Shown: positions 20,318 to 30,705, counted from the first letter of the stretch. The stretch: DNA of 64,000 bases from Halobacteriovoraceae bacterium (GCA_963719505.1 CAVRCF010000001.1:928001-992000), one strand, 5' to 3'. Program-made: numbers and translations. Notes: generated by a model from the sequence alone, not told the origin.

Positions 20318-23300
20318 AAACTGTCCTTCTTTATGACATAGAACTAGATAAAATGGTTGTGAAGACTCTAGAGTCTTTTGGCCTTACTTTAACGACTCAG
20401 ACAGATGATCCCAATTATATTATTTACTCAGGTTCTGAAAAAATTGATGAGATTGAGCAAACATACGACTTGAGTCAAGGTGAAATAAAACTAATTCATA
20501 TTGGAGAAGTCAATCATAAGGACAAGTTCTTTATGAACGGTGGCTCTTTGATTATATCAGAAGATAAATTGGATAAAGAAGAATCGTTCAACATTCTTGA
20601 ACAATTCTTCAGTGGTGATAATGCTCTAAGACTAGCTCAAAGGACTTCATTTGAGCCTGAACAAGAGCCAATAATTATTACGAATCATCTTCAAACAGGT
20701 TTGTCTTTTGACACGATCGTCACCTCAGCTTTTGATCATGATTTTGATCCCTTACTAGTGAGGGGATATCTCGATCACACGATTGGCTTTTTTGCCCACC
20801 TTGTTCAAAGTGGGCTTGGTGCAGTTCCATTTGAGCTTGAGTGGTGCTTTAAGGATAATATTTTTGTTTTAAATACTTACCTCAAGGTTAGAAATTTCTC
20901 AAAAGAGTTTATCGTAGATAGTCTTTCTGAAGTTGGTGGTTCAAAACCTTTAAATTACCTTCTCTCAGTGGCTTCAAAAAGCTGTGAACATCTAGATATA
21001 TCCTATTTTGAAAAAAGCGATAAACTGTGCTTTACAGCTTATTGGGATAGATCTGCTCCCTCCTTTTTGCCATCGATCTCAGTGAAAAATATTTACTCAG
21101 TAGTACAGAAAAAAAATATTTTGGCCAAAAAGATGAAAACTCTTGAGGATCAATTGGCATCCTCTGAAAAAAGTTTTGCCACTCAAGAAAACTTAAAAAA
21201 GAAAGAAATACCAAACGGCTTTCTTATAAAAGCTCAGTTTGAGAGTAAAGAGTTAATTGAAAACCCAGACAAGACAAAGAATATCCTTGAGACACTGGTC
21301 AAAGAAACTGTTGGGGCAGGTGAATCCGTAGGAGAACTAACAGAGAAGAGATTAAAACAAATAATAGACGCAATGGATTCAAAAGACAAAATAGAGGGGC
21401 TTTCTGAAAGTGGTCTCCTAGAATTAAAAAATGCTGTAAAAAGCTCAAGATCTACTGAAGCCCTTCAAAAAGAAGTCGCTACAGCATCAGTGGATGATGA
21501 TGAAGATGTCTCTACAGTTGTTAGCGAAAGACTTGTTGAGGAAGTTACTTCTCGAGCTTCGAAAAATCTCAGTAAAGATAAGGTTAAAGCACTCCTTGAA
21601 GACGAGACATCCACAGTCTTGAAGGGGCAAAAAGAAAAAGAAGAATTCAAGCGAGTCATAAGGAGCGAGAAAGAAAAGCCAGAAACGATAAATCGCATTA
21701 AGGGTGAGTTTGCAGATCTAGGAGATAACTTTAAAACTGTTATTCGCTCTTCTTCTGCTGAAGAGAGTAAAAAAGGTCTCTTTCGAAACCTAATCGATTC
21801 AAAGGTCTCAGCACTATCGTCAAAGCTTCCTGGTCTTGACCAAGGAGGACTAGATAAATTTGTTGAATCGATCCTTCCTAGAGAATTAGAACTTGGCTTA
21901 GAAGAATTTGCACTTGGAAAAGGTAAAGATCTTAGTGATCTCAGTGATGACGAAATTAATGAGTTTCAGGATCAAAAGATTCCTAATATCATCTCGAATC
22001 TTTTAGAAAGTGAGTCATTACAAGAAGAATATAGTGAATCCATAGAGACAAATGAGCCATGGGATATTGACTTCAAGTTCAGAGACAAACTGCGGGAAAA
22101 ATTCATAGATTCAAATAGCATAGACGACTTAGAAGACGAAGAATTTCTAGCGGTTGTCAAATCAACACTAGAGGACTCTATTGCCTCGGATATCGTAAAA
22201 ATCGATTCAGAGAATCATAGTCAACAGGACAAAGAAAAAATGCTTTCTAAAGTCCTTGGAGGCTTCGTTACTGATAAAGAGGAAGTACAAAGAATTACAA
22301 GTAGCTCTATTGATTCAGCACAAGAGATAAGAAATGAAATCATTCATCAGTCGTTCAAGGAGTCACAGGACTCTTTGCCAACTGAAACCTCTAGTCCTGT
22401 CGAAAAAGAGCTCTTTAATAGTTTAAAAGCTGAAAAAGCTTTGAGAAAGAAAATTGAAAATGAATTGGCGGTGGCCAAAGGACAAGTTGAGGCTTTTAAA
22501 AATACAGCAAAGAGAATTGAAGAGACTCAAAGAAAAGTCGCTGAAACGATTGTTAAAGATCAAAGCGATTTAACAGAAGATAATCAAAACCCTGAAGATA
22601 AAGTGAAGATGCTAGAACTTGAATCAAGGCAAAAGGATGCTCTTTTTGGTACAGAGATAGCTAAGTTAGAAAGAACAATCAAAGGCAAAGAGATTATTCT
22701 AGAAAAAACCAAAGCGGCATTTGAGACGAGATTGCAAAGCTTTGCTGAAGAAAATAAAGAATTAAAACAGGCAGTTCAAAAGCTTGAAGAGAATGGATCG
22801 AAAGAGGTGGTAAGTTCTCTCAAGCAGCAACTTATAAGTCTGAAAAAAGAGAATGACCTTCTTGCTAAGAGTTCATCTTTAGTTAAAGAGAGGCTTGATG
22901 CCGTTTCTAAAGGTCAGGAGTCCCAGGCACGCGTTGATCGTGTCGATGATATTATTGAAGAAAATAAAAAAATGAAAAATATAAACACTGAGCTCTACAA
23001 TAAATCTCAGGTTTTAGAAAAAGATAAAAAAGCTCTTGAGTCACGCTTGGCTTCCTTAGAGCTTCGAGAGAGTAATTTAAGAGAAGAGGCCATTAAAGCA
23101 AAGCAAAGAAGTATTGATGCAGAAGCAGAGATGAGACTTTTTAAGCAAACCGAATCGAGTAGAATGAATGATGCAGTTGCTGCTCAAGCGAAGGATCACG
23201 ATTCGATGATTTCTAAAGAATATAACGCCTTAAAATCTCAAAATTTGCAATTGCAAAAGAAGATCAAGGATTTAACCGACAGAGCGACTGGCGGAGGGGC

Positions 23301-23544
23301 CGGATCAAATGGAAAACCGAACTTATCAGCTAAAGAGAGGCATCTTGAGAAAGATAAGAAGAGACTTCAGACAGAGCTATCAAAGAACAGAGCAGACCTG
23401 GATGATGCTAAAAAAGTGATGATGAAGTTTAAAGGTGAAAATATTAAGATGAAGAACGAGCTTGAAAAAGCAAAAAGAGATAACGATAGGATGGAGCGGA
23501 AGCTTAGAAGCTTAGCATCAAAAACAGACAAAAAAGCCGCTTAA
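20314..23544 (+). CDS. Large acidic coiled-coil hypothetical protein (1076 aa)
   Basis: Long ORF overlapping the upstream stop (TTGA); E/K-rich heptad-like C-terminal half. Confidence 0.8.
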   Translation: MKTVLLYDIELDKMVVKTLESFGLTLTTQTDDPNYIIYSGSEKIDEIEQTYDLSQGEIKLIHIGEVNHKDKFFMNGGSLIISEDKLDKEESFNILEQFFSGDNALRLAQRTSFEPEQEPIIITNHLQTGLSFDTIVTSAFDHDFDPLLVRGYLDHTIGFFAHLVQSGLGAVPFELEWCFKDNIFVLNTYLKVRNFSKEFIVDSLSEVGGSKPLNYLLSVASKSCEHLDISYFEKSDKLCFTAYWDRSAPSFLPSISVKNIYSVVQKKNILAKKMKTLEDQLASSEKSFATQENLKKKEIPNGFLIKAQFESKELIENPDKTKNILETLVKETVGAGESVGELTEKRLKQIIDAMDSKDKIEGLSESGLLELKNAVKSSRSTEALQKEVATASVDDDEDVSTVVSERLVEEVTSRASKNLSKDKVKALLEDETSTVLKGQKEKEEFKRVIRSEKEKPETINRIKGEFADLGDNFKTVIRSSSAEESKKGLFRNLIDSKVSALSSKLPGLDQGGLDKFVESILPRELELGLEEFALGKGKDLSDLSDDEINEFQDQKIPNIISNLLESESLQEEYSESIETNEPWDIDFKFRDKLREKFIDSNSIDDLEDEEFLAVVKSTLEDSIASDIVKIDSENHSQQDKEKMLSKVLGGFVTDKEEVQRITSSSIDSAQEIRNEIIHQSFKESQDSLPTETSSPVEKELFNSLKAEKALRKKIENELAVAKGQVEAFKNTAKRIEETQRKVAETIVKDQSDLTEDNQNPEDKVKMLELESRQKDALFGTEIAKLERTIKGKEIILEKTKAAFETRLQSFAEENKELKQAVQKLEENGSKEVVSSLKQQLISLKKENDLLAKSSSLVKERLDAVSKGQESQARVDRVDDIIEENKKMKNINTELYNKSQVLEKDKKALESRLASLELRESNLREEAIKAKQRSIDAEAEMRLFKQTESSRMNDAVAAQAKDHDSMISKEYNALKSQNLQLQKKIKDLTDRATGGGAGSNGKPNLSAKERHLEKDKKRLQTELSKNRADLDDAKKVMMKFKGENIKMKNELEKAKRDNDRMERKLRSLASKTDKKAA

Positions 23545-23602
23545 TTCCCTTGTCAAAATGACCAAAAATATTTATAACTTATAACTACTCTTTCGAATTT
23601 AT

Positions 23603-23687
23603 GCTCGAGTGGTGGAATTGGTAGACACGCCAGACTTAGGATCTGGTGCCGTAAGGTGTGAAGGTTCAAGTCCTTTCTCGAGCACCA
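23603..23687 (+). tRNA. tRNA-Leu (anticodon TAG)
   Basis: GCTCGAG/CTCGAGC acceptor stem, CCAGA-CTTAGGA-TCTGG anticodon arm, long variable arm, GGTTCAAGTCC T-arm, encoded CCA. Confidence 0.97.
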
Positions 23688-23703
23688 TAAATTTAAGAAA
23701 GAT

Positions 23704-23737
23704 AAAAAGCCCTGTCTAACCCACAGGGCTTTTTTTT
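23704..23737. terminator. Bidirectional intrinsic terminator after tRNA-Leu
   Basis: AAAAAGCCCTGT...ACAGGGCTTTTTTT. Confidence 0.85.
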
Positions 23738-23748
23738 CCCTTTATTTT

Positions 23749-24159
23749 CTACAAAGATAATGAACAAGTCCCTTCAGTTCCTTCCTCATTGTTGAGAGAT
23801 GCTTTAAACTCGATTAAGCCGTCTACCACTGCAACAGGCTCTTTCAGGTCAATCGAAACTACGTACTTCATGTACTCAATTCCATCAGACTCATCATAGT
23901 TAAAAAATGAAACTGATAAAGTTTGTGAAGGAGTCTCATCCACAACTGCGAGGTCATCACCAGGTCCAGCCTCTACTGAACCATATTTGTAGCTCGTTTT
24001 GTAGACTGTAGATTCACCGGCACTAATTGTCGCTGTGAGAGCAGCTGATGGAGTAAAGTTAATCTCTGATACTCCAAACTGACAGTGACTTAATTGAACT
24101 TCGGTTGCAAAAGCTGTAATTGCTCCCATTGAAAGTAAAACACATAATAATTTTTTCAT
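23749..24159 (-). CDS. Secreted hypothetical protein
   Basis: Signal peptide MKKLLCVLLSMGAITAFA; SD GAGGAG. Confidence 0.75.
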   Translation of the reverse strand: MKKLLCVLLSMGAITAFATEVQLSHCQFGVSEINFTPSAALTATISAGESTVYKTSYKYGSVEAGPGDDLAVVDETPSQTLSVSFFNYDESDGIEYMKYVVSIDLKEPVAVVDGLIEFKASLNNEEGTEGTCSLSL

Positions 24160-24587
24160 TTGTTCTCCTCGAGCTTTAAGCCCATTTAAGAAATTTATTT
24201 TCCTATTACACTTGTATGTTTAGCAGTGCGTAAAGCGGAGAAAAAGTTGTGACAATCTATGCATTTGGAAAATTTTATTTGTTAAGATAAAAATAATGAG
24301 AATAGGTGAGATCGGCTAGTTTTAGAACGATTAACAAATTGTCAGTGTTTGGTGATATTTATTTACTTTTTATGCCGTATTGTATTAACGCAAGCAACTT
24401 GAAGTTAACCTTATCAATTATCGAAAATCGATTAGTGTAAGTACTTGCTCTGTGCGAGGAGATGATAGTTATTTTATATGAGCCAATGACTTTGGTATGC
24501 GTTTTAATATCTATTGGTTATTGGTATAAGCATTGGAAGTTAATCGTAAAAATAAAGTCTTTTATGAGTCATGGTTGTTAATTCCAG

Positions 24588-24622
24588 TCTAGGCTTGATA
24601 AAAAAAAGCTATCGAGCCTAGA
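24588..24622 (-). terminator. Stem-loop, probable terminator of the 24641-25125 gene
   Basis: TCTAGGCTTGATA / TATCGAGCCTAGA 13-bp stem with one imperfect pair. Confidence 0.5.
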
Positions 24623-24640
24623 AGGCAACATCTTACTCAA

Positions 24641-25125
24641 CTAATTTTGATAGGCATTTTGCGTTGCAGACTTTCTTTTTTGGCTGTCTGTTTCGTCACC
24701 ACATTTATCAATACACTCACCCTTTAGATTTGTTCGGTGGTCTACAATACTCAACTTATCCACTTCTTTTGTCGAGCAAACATATGAAAAATCGGAGCTA
24801 TCATTTGTAAAAATGGGGCTTGATTTAGATATCGACAATGTTAATTGTTTATCCTTAAGGCTTTTTATTTTGAGCTTATATTTTTCACTTTGCTTAAAAT
24901 AGTAGTCTTCTGAAGAAATTTTAACAGACTTGATTCCATTGGTTGACTTTACAATTACTTCTTGGGGAGCACCCGCAAGTAAATCCATCGTATAAGACCT
25001 TAGACTATCAAAACTTTTAACCCTACGAGATTGAAGATTCGAGACGTTTTACTTTTGCACTCCAATTCAAAATTTTGTGAGAACGCTGAAAGCGATATTA
25101 AACCAATAATTATAATTTTATACAT
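24641..25125 (-). pseudogene. Frameshifted secreted hypothetical protein
   Basis: ATG at 25125 gives signal peptide MYKIIIIGLISLSAFSQ. That frame stops soon after; the downstream frame (ORF 24641-24988) is open from ~25048, implying one frameshift near AAAAGTAAAAC. Confidence 0.55.
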
Positions 25126-25181
25126 TTATTAATCCCTATCCTAAATTAATTACTCTTTATTGGATTGGACCCCGTTTTAGG

Positions 25182-25985
25182 CTACCTTTGATTTTCTAAT
25201 AAATACTCTTTCGGGCTCAACATGCCAAGCCCTGAATGAGGTGCTATTTCATTATAATCTTTCATCCAACCCTTGATCATCTTCAGCACTACATCCGCAC
25301 TGTAACAGTCGCTGTTGTAGACATAGTCTCGCTTGATCGTTTTCACAAAAGCTTCACTCATTCCATTTGATTCTGGGCTATAGGCAGCTGTATAACAGCT
25401 TTTTAAACCAAGATGGTTCGCCAAATTCTTAACAGAATGGGCTCGATAAATACTTCCTCTATCCGATAAAAATTCTATCGTTCTCAAAGTTTTGTAATCT
25501 TTAAACCTGTATTTAACTGCTTTCAGCATCAGACTCTCAATATCAGTCGCAAGCAGTGGTGATTTTGAAGCTACAAATGAGAGAACCTCTCTGTCACATG
25601 TATCTAAAACAAAAGAAACAAAAACTTTTTCTCCGTTAAAGCACTTAATCTCAAAACAATCACTGCACCACCTTGTATTTGAATGCAGAGTCATTACTTT
25701 GCCAGTTGGAGTGTGAGTTCTCGTCACAGCAGACTTTGGAAGAAGAAGTCCATTCACTCTCATGATCCTGTAGATACGCTTCTTATTAAGCCTTGGATGC
25801 CCCAGAGTAAGTCGAAGACGATTGACCATGGCCGTAACTCGTTTATAACCATAAGTTGGTCGTAAGGAAACAATTGACCTAATCTGGCTTAGTATTTCTC
25901 CATCTTCAGCTTTAAAGTAAAATTTCTTTGAGCTAGTCGTTTTATAAATTGATTTTGAGTGGACTCCAAACATTTCACAGATCAT
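25182..25985 (-). CDS. IS3-family transposase OrfB (DDE integrase core)
   Basis: YGYKRV, RWCSDCFE, LSDRGSIY, PESNGMSEAFVKTIKRD, PHSGLGMLSP; IS2-like. Confidence 0.93.
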   Translation of the reverse strand: MICEMFGVHSKSIYKTTSSKKFYFKAEDGEILSQIRSIVSLRPTYGYKRVTAMVNRLRLTLGHPRLNKKRIYRIMRVNGLLLPKSAVTRTHTPTGKVMTLHSNTRWCSDCFEIKCFNGEKVFVSFVLDTCDREVLSFVASKSPLLATDIESLMLKAVKYRFKDYKTLRTIEFLSDRGSIYRAHSVKNLANHLGLKSCYTAAYSPESNGMSEAFVKTIKRDYVYNSDCYSADVVLKMIKGWMKDYNEIAPHSGLGMLSPKEYLLENQR

Positions 25986-26347
25986 TTTTTTTGATCCTTT
26001 CTTTTTGAGTTTGATGAATTCTTTTGCTCGATCAACTCCTGTTCCAAGATCTTTTTTTTATAAAAATCGATGATATCCTGAGCGACCTCTTCTCTGAGGG
26101 TAGATTCACCAACTTTCTTGAGTAGTTTATCTTTGTCTTTTTTAAGTTGATCAATTTGTTTCAAAAGGTCAGCAACATCGATATTAGTATCAGGTTTGTC
26201 TTTCATAGCTCTTTTCCATTGGTATAAAGTTACTGCATTTATATCATGGACTCGTGCTAAAACTGAAATTGGAACACCTTTTGAACGATGTTCCTGTAGA
26301 ATTTGGATTTTTTGATCTTCGGTAAATCTTCTTCTTTTTCTTTCCAT
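25982..26347 (-). CDS. IS3-family transposase OrfA (HTH)
   Basis: RRRFTEDQKIQIL...LARVHDINAVTLYQWKR; A8 slippery run at the orfA/orfB junction (AAAAAAAATGAT). Confidence 0.9.
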   Translation of the reverse strand: MERKRRRFTEDQKIQILQEHRSKGVPISVLARVHDINAVTLYQWKRAMKDKPDTNIDVADLLKQIDQLKKDKDKLLKKVGESTLREEVAQDIIDFYKKKILEQELIEQKNSSNSKRKDQKK

Positions 26348-26591
26348 TTTTTCCTCCGTTAAGAGGTAGCCGTCAAAAGGGGGTCACGAACATTATCTAT
26401 TCGTCAAACTTTAAAAAAAACTTTAAAATTTTCTTTAATATTAATGAATATTTATTTGATGCTCACTTATTGAGCTATTCCGATAGTGCGGTAATCACAT
26501 TCAAATGTTAAAGGTGTGACCATTGCTTCACCAGATATACTAAAGCTCTTTGAATAGTCGCTATAGCTATCAGTTTTTATATAGTCCAGTC

Positions 26592-26916
26592 TCAGCGTCG
26601 GATATTCACTGATGCCTTCAAGAGAAACTGGTCGAACCATTGTTTTCTTATACCTCTAGAAATATGTACAACCTTCCCGAGCTTTGGTTTGATAAAATTA
26701 AACCAATCAATTATGATCTTCTTATCGCAGTCTTCGTAAAAAGTTACTGTAATGCCCGATAAGTAATTTGTAACTTCGAGCTCCACTACCAGTTAAATGC
26801 GAATATACTTCGATCGTTTTACCTTGATAATCAGGAGAAGTACATTTCATCTCATCGGCATAAGATGAAATTGAAAGCGCGAAAGTCAATAAAATCAATT
26901 GTTTTGTATTTTTCAT
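26592..26916 (-). pseudogene. Frameshifted small secreted protein
   Basis: Signal-peptide ORF 26722-26916 overlaps ORF 26592-26786 in another frame. Confidence 0.45.
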
Positions 26917-27156
26917 TTGTTACCCTTTTTTTTATTAAAATTTTTTAAAAATATTTAGTTAAACTATATAATTATTGATCAGTGCCAGTTTTAATCCTCG
27001 AATTCCTTGTCTATACTTGTGTATATTATGGAGCTTCTTCCTAAAAAGTTTACAATAAGTAACCTTCCACAGATCTGACTCATCAAAAAAGCTACATTAA
27101 AAATATCTAAAGTTTATTCAAGAAAATTTCTATTGAATAAACTTTGAGTTTCGCTA

Positions 27157-27582
27157 TTATCTTTTCACTGCAGATATTTTTGACTTGTGCTTCTTGTATT
27201 TCTTGAATTCAATGTCGCGATACATGGTATCATGTACTAATTCACATTTTCCTTTTGCAAATAAGGAATAGTATTCAAATCTAGATTCACGCTGAGAGTT
27301 TTTACAAACAACTAAACTTTTAGAGTTTCTTCTATCTGTAAAAAAATTTCGAGTAATCCCATGACTGATTAATTCGCAAGAGTGAATCATGTCGTCGCTG
27401 TAGTCCTCAAGTTTCTGTTTTATAATTGTTTCGTTTTGTTCGAGGCAGTTAATTATAGCACGAACTTCTACTGACGGTGTGTGTGGCCCCCGTGTGGCTC
27501 TGGGACTTTGTCTAAACCTTGGAACCTGAGCAATAGCTTCTGCACTAAAAGTGAAAAATATTAATAATTGAAGAAAATTCAT
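27157..27582 (-). CDS. Secreted hypothetical protein
   Basis: Start refined to MNFLQLLIFFTFSAEAIA (signal peptide); 4 Cys. Confidence 0.6.
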   Translation of the reverse strand: MNFLQLLIFFTFSAEAIAQVPRFRQSPRATRGPHTPSVEVRAIINCLEQNETIIKQKLEDYSDDMIHSCELISHGITRNFFTDRRNSKSLVVCKNSQRESRFEYYSLFAKGKCELVHDTMYRDIEFKKYKKHKSKISAVKR

Positions 27583-27660
27583 TTTAAATCCTTTCGCCCA
27601 TCTAGAGGAGGCATGTAAAAGTTGTCTTGTCTTTATATCTATTAACAAATTAAGTTTTTT

Positions 27661-27987
27661 TTAAAAATTAATACAGCTTCCTTCACCTAAGCGAATAGTT
27701 GTATCATTTAATTCTTGAACTTTAAGTGTACCGTCATTGCGAAAACTTAATTCACCAATTGCTCGACTGCCATTTGAAATTTTATCACAGTGAGCGTTGG
27801 CTTCTGTTGCAATAACTTTCATGATATTATTCTCCTCACTGCTTAATAAAGTTGATGTGATATCTACAACTTTTGGATCTTCTAAAGGTGCAGATAACGT
27901 TTTCACACAGAAAAAGTTACATAAAGTACCCGCGTAAGAAGTTAAACTTCCTAAAACTAAAATTCCTAGCAATAATTTTTTCATCAT
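27661..27987 (-). CDS. Secreted small Cys-containing hypothetical protein
   Basis: MMKKLLLGILVLGSLTSYA signal peptide; SD AAGGAG. Confidence 0.7.
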   Translation of the reverse strand: MMKKLLLGILVLGSLTSYAGTLCNFFCVKTLSAPLEDPKVVDITSTLLSSEENNIMKVIATEANAHCDKISNGSRAIGELSFRNDGTLKVQELNDTTIRLGEGSCINF

Positions 27988-28497
27988 AAACTCCTTGAAC
28001 ATTACGTCCATTTAAAATTTAGATACAACATAAAGGCCAAGTAAAACACCTATGGACTATTTTTCGTCATAATCCTTCGTTACCAACACAATAGCGGAGA
28101 AAGTAAATTGATTTGAATAAAAATTGTGACATCTTTATAAACGACATAGATGCTCCTTGTTTTAACCTTTATATTAATATTCGGGGCAAAGTAGCCATTC
28201 AGTAATTGGCATGTTGAATTGAAAATATTACTTATTTAAAAATTAAGCTTAGACTAAATGGGGTCCAATCTAAACTTGAGGTCTATTTAATTTAAATATA
28301 ATTAGAGAGAAGTATTATTCAAGTGTCACAATTTTTTTTTATATCTACTCTCTTCCTAGGCTAGTTTTCGGATAGAAAATATATGCTGACTCCTACATTC
28401 CTTCTATACATAGCTGTTCTGGTACGTGCAGTTTAATGTGTGCGTTCACGGTAATGGAGTAATCAATCGGCTTGCTTAACAAATTAAAGAACTTTTT

Positions 28498-28896
28498 ATG
28501 AAATCCGAGCCTAGCGTTTATAACTATAGAAGTTTTAGGAAATACTTAAATGACTGGATTCTCTATGGGAGAGGTAATCCATACTTTTCCTTGGGAGTTG
28601 TTACAAGGGACATTGAGCTAAGTTCGATAGCGGAATTTTCGAACATTTTAAATGGAAGAAGAACTGTAAGTTCAAGGCTTTTACATAAAGTTATAAATTA
28701 CCTTAACCTCAGTCCTAAAGAATCATCTTTTTTAGAGCTTATAGGCGGGATTGATAGAAATAAAAAAGACATATTTATTTGTGATGTACTTGTAATGTGC
28801 GCTGATTTTCTTGTCTCTGTTGAAAAAGGGAATTTAGAGAGATCGGTTTCTTGTATCTATTGTAATTCTAGTTTTACTAAAACTAAAAAAGATTAA
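28498..28896 (+). CDS. HTH protein resembling the N-terminus of the TIGR02147 family (short form)
   Basis: YRSFRKYL...FSL...FSNILNGRRTVS...LNLSPKESSFL, similar to the N-terminus of 49956-50747. Confidence 0.65.
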   Translation: MKSEPSVYNYRSFRKYLNDWILYGRGNPYFSLGVVTRDIELSSIAEFSNILNGRRTVSSRLLHKVINYLNLSPKESSFLELIGGIDRNKKDIFICDVLVMCADFLVSVEKGNLERSVSCIYCNSSFTKTKKD

Positions 28897-28949
28897 AGGC
28901 TTTTATATATAAAAGAGATTCCAAGTGGATCGTTTTCGGAGGAAAAGTT

Positions 28950-29360
28950 TTGAAGGTAACTAAGGGCCGCGTTCTATCGGTGTTGCTGGTTGAGGATGAG
29001 TGTGAATTAAGATCTGTTATAGCATTACTTATACATTCACTAGAGATTTTTTCATTCGTTGTTGAGGCACGCGATGGAAAAGAGGCAATACAAAAAATGA
29101 CTAATCAAAAGTTTGATTTAATAATTATAGACTTGAATATGCCGAAGTTAGGTGGATTAGAACTTTCAAGGTATATAAAACAGGATCAGAAATTAGCTGG
29201 CACAAGTATTATCATTATGTCAGGAATGATTTCAGGTAAAGACGTCCAAGAATTGAAAAATATTGGCGTAACATCGATTTTGACTAAGCCTGTAGGACTT
29301 ATAAAGCTAAGAGAAACGATAAGCAAAGCCTTGAAGCCAGCTCTTTTAGCTCAATTTTGA
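28950..29360 (+). CDS. Stand-alone response regulator receiver (CheY-like)
   Basis: LLVEDE, DLIIIDLNMPKLGG, LTKP. Confidence 0.88.
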   Translation: MKVTKGRVLSVLLVEDECELRSVIALLIHSLEIFSFVVEARDGKEAIQKMTNQKFDLIIIDLNMPKLGGLELSRYIKQDQKLAGTSIIIMSGMISGKDVQELKNIGVTSILTKPVGLIKLRETISKALKPALLAQF

Positions 29361-29545
29361 ACTATCCTATATTTAAGGGAGCTAAAAGCATTCTTCAAAT
29401 TACTGATATTACGTATAGATATGTTATATGACTTGAATTTTTTGATCTTAAACCCTTACCAAGAAATGCGTCACAATTTTTGCTCCGCGTTATTATGTAT
29501 TTATTTAAAATTAATAAGACAAACTAACCAAGGGAGAACATTATT

Positions 29546-30670
29546 ATGAAAAAATTATTAACAGGAGTTTCATTTTTAGTATGTATTTTAAATTTTACTT
29601 CTCAAAAGACAATCACAAGTACTTTTCAATCTAATCTCAGTTTTTTAAGGTCACCATCTTCAGTCGAAGACGTTGGTATTATAGGCCCTGAAGGCGATGT
29701 CATTTTATTTTAAAAAGACAAGGATCGCATCATTGTAAAGAACTGTGGAACCAACACAATTCTTGGACACACTCCTGCTGAGGCAAGAAAAAACTGTGAT
29801 GGGCCTGTAAATAAGGTTCCTATAGAATCTTTTAAAAATGCTTTAAGAAGTTTAGTTTCTACTGATCGTTTGAATGTGCTTAAACCACTTACACCAGAAG
29901 AAGTTGATGCTTATAATAAAAATGAGCCAAGTTTAGATCAGATTGAGAAAATGGGTATTGAACTTGATCGTATTAATGCTTTTATAACGGCTTATGGTGC
30001 AGAGAACGCCAACCTTGTACGAAAAGAGGAATTAGTAAAAGCACTTAGATCATCTTCGACTCGTGTTGATGCAATTAAAAAAATTAATGTAGAGATTAAA
30101 AATACATTTACACTAATAACAAGCCAAACAAAACTAACTCTTGCAAAATTTAATACAGATAAAGACAAGTTTCTTTATACTGTTTTGAAAAACTTTGATC
30201 CAACTCAGAAATTTCCATGTGGACTTAAAGGTTCTGTGGATGAAAGAATTAAAGACTGCTCTTATCAATTAACTTCTGAGAAAGAAGGCTTTGTTCTGGT
30301 GACAAGATCAAAAGACTTTAAAGAAGTTCATAAAGAAGTTTCAACAGGTCTTTTTTGGAGTGATAGACTTCCAAAAACTATGAATCATTACAGCGCAGAA
30401 AAAGCTTGTAATTCAAGCTTAAAAGAAGTTGCAGGTATTTCAGGCGTTACTTGGAGACTTCCATCAAAAGAAGAATACGAACAAGCCGAGAAAAATGGTA
30501 TCCGCAAGGCACTACCAAATATGAGCTACTGGTTCTGGTCTTCTTCGGTGCACCGTAACAACTCTGACTACGCGTGGCTGTTCAACGGCTACGACGGCTT
30601 CGTTGACTACTACTACCGCAGCGACGGCAACGACTACGACTACTACTCGGTTCGGTGCGTAGCGCGCTAG
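29546..30670 (+). pseudogene. DGR target-like secreted protein with C-terminal DUF1566/C-type-lectin-fold domain; one in-frame TAA at 29711-29713
   Basis: SD + ATG 29546 (MKKLLTGVSFLVCIL), same frame as ORF 29870-30670. TGLFWS, WRLPSKEE, FWSSS, AWLF and VRCV motifs; terminal variable-region-like segment. Confidence 0.8.
30524..30670 (+). repeat. DGR variable region (VR) candidate with GC-rich IMH-like end
   Basis: Abrupt GC-rich shift; 31 of the 48 codons after ATG 30521 end in C (AAC/TAC/GAC/GGC/TTC etc.) and only one ends in A; ends TCGGTTCGGTGCGTAGCGCGCTAG. Confidence 0.8.
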
Positions 30671-30705
30671 GCGTGGAAAAGTATGATTTGATTATTTTAT
30701 AATTT

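Larger units (their letters stand above)
25161..26392 (-). mobile_element. IS3-family insertion sequence (IS2 group), complete
   Basis: TG...CA ends with imperfect IRs (TGGATTGGACCCCGTTTTAGGCTACC vs revcomp TGTTCGTGACCCCCTTTTGACGGCTACC); 4-bp TSD TTAT at 25157-25160 and 26393-26396; orfA+orfB. Confidence 0.92.

Noticed and set aside
30600-30650. TAC/GAC triplet run as a microsatellite or CRISPR-like repeat
   Set aside because: It is in-frame coding sequence with varying first and second codon positions, better explained as a DGR variable region; there is no repeat-spacer periodicity.
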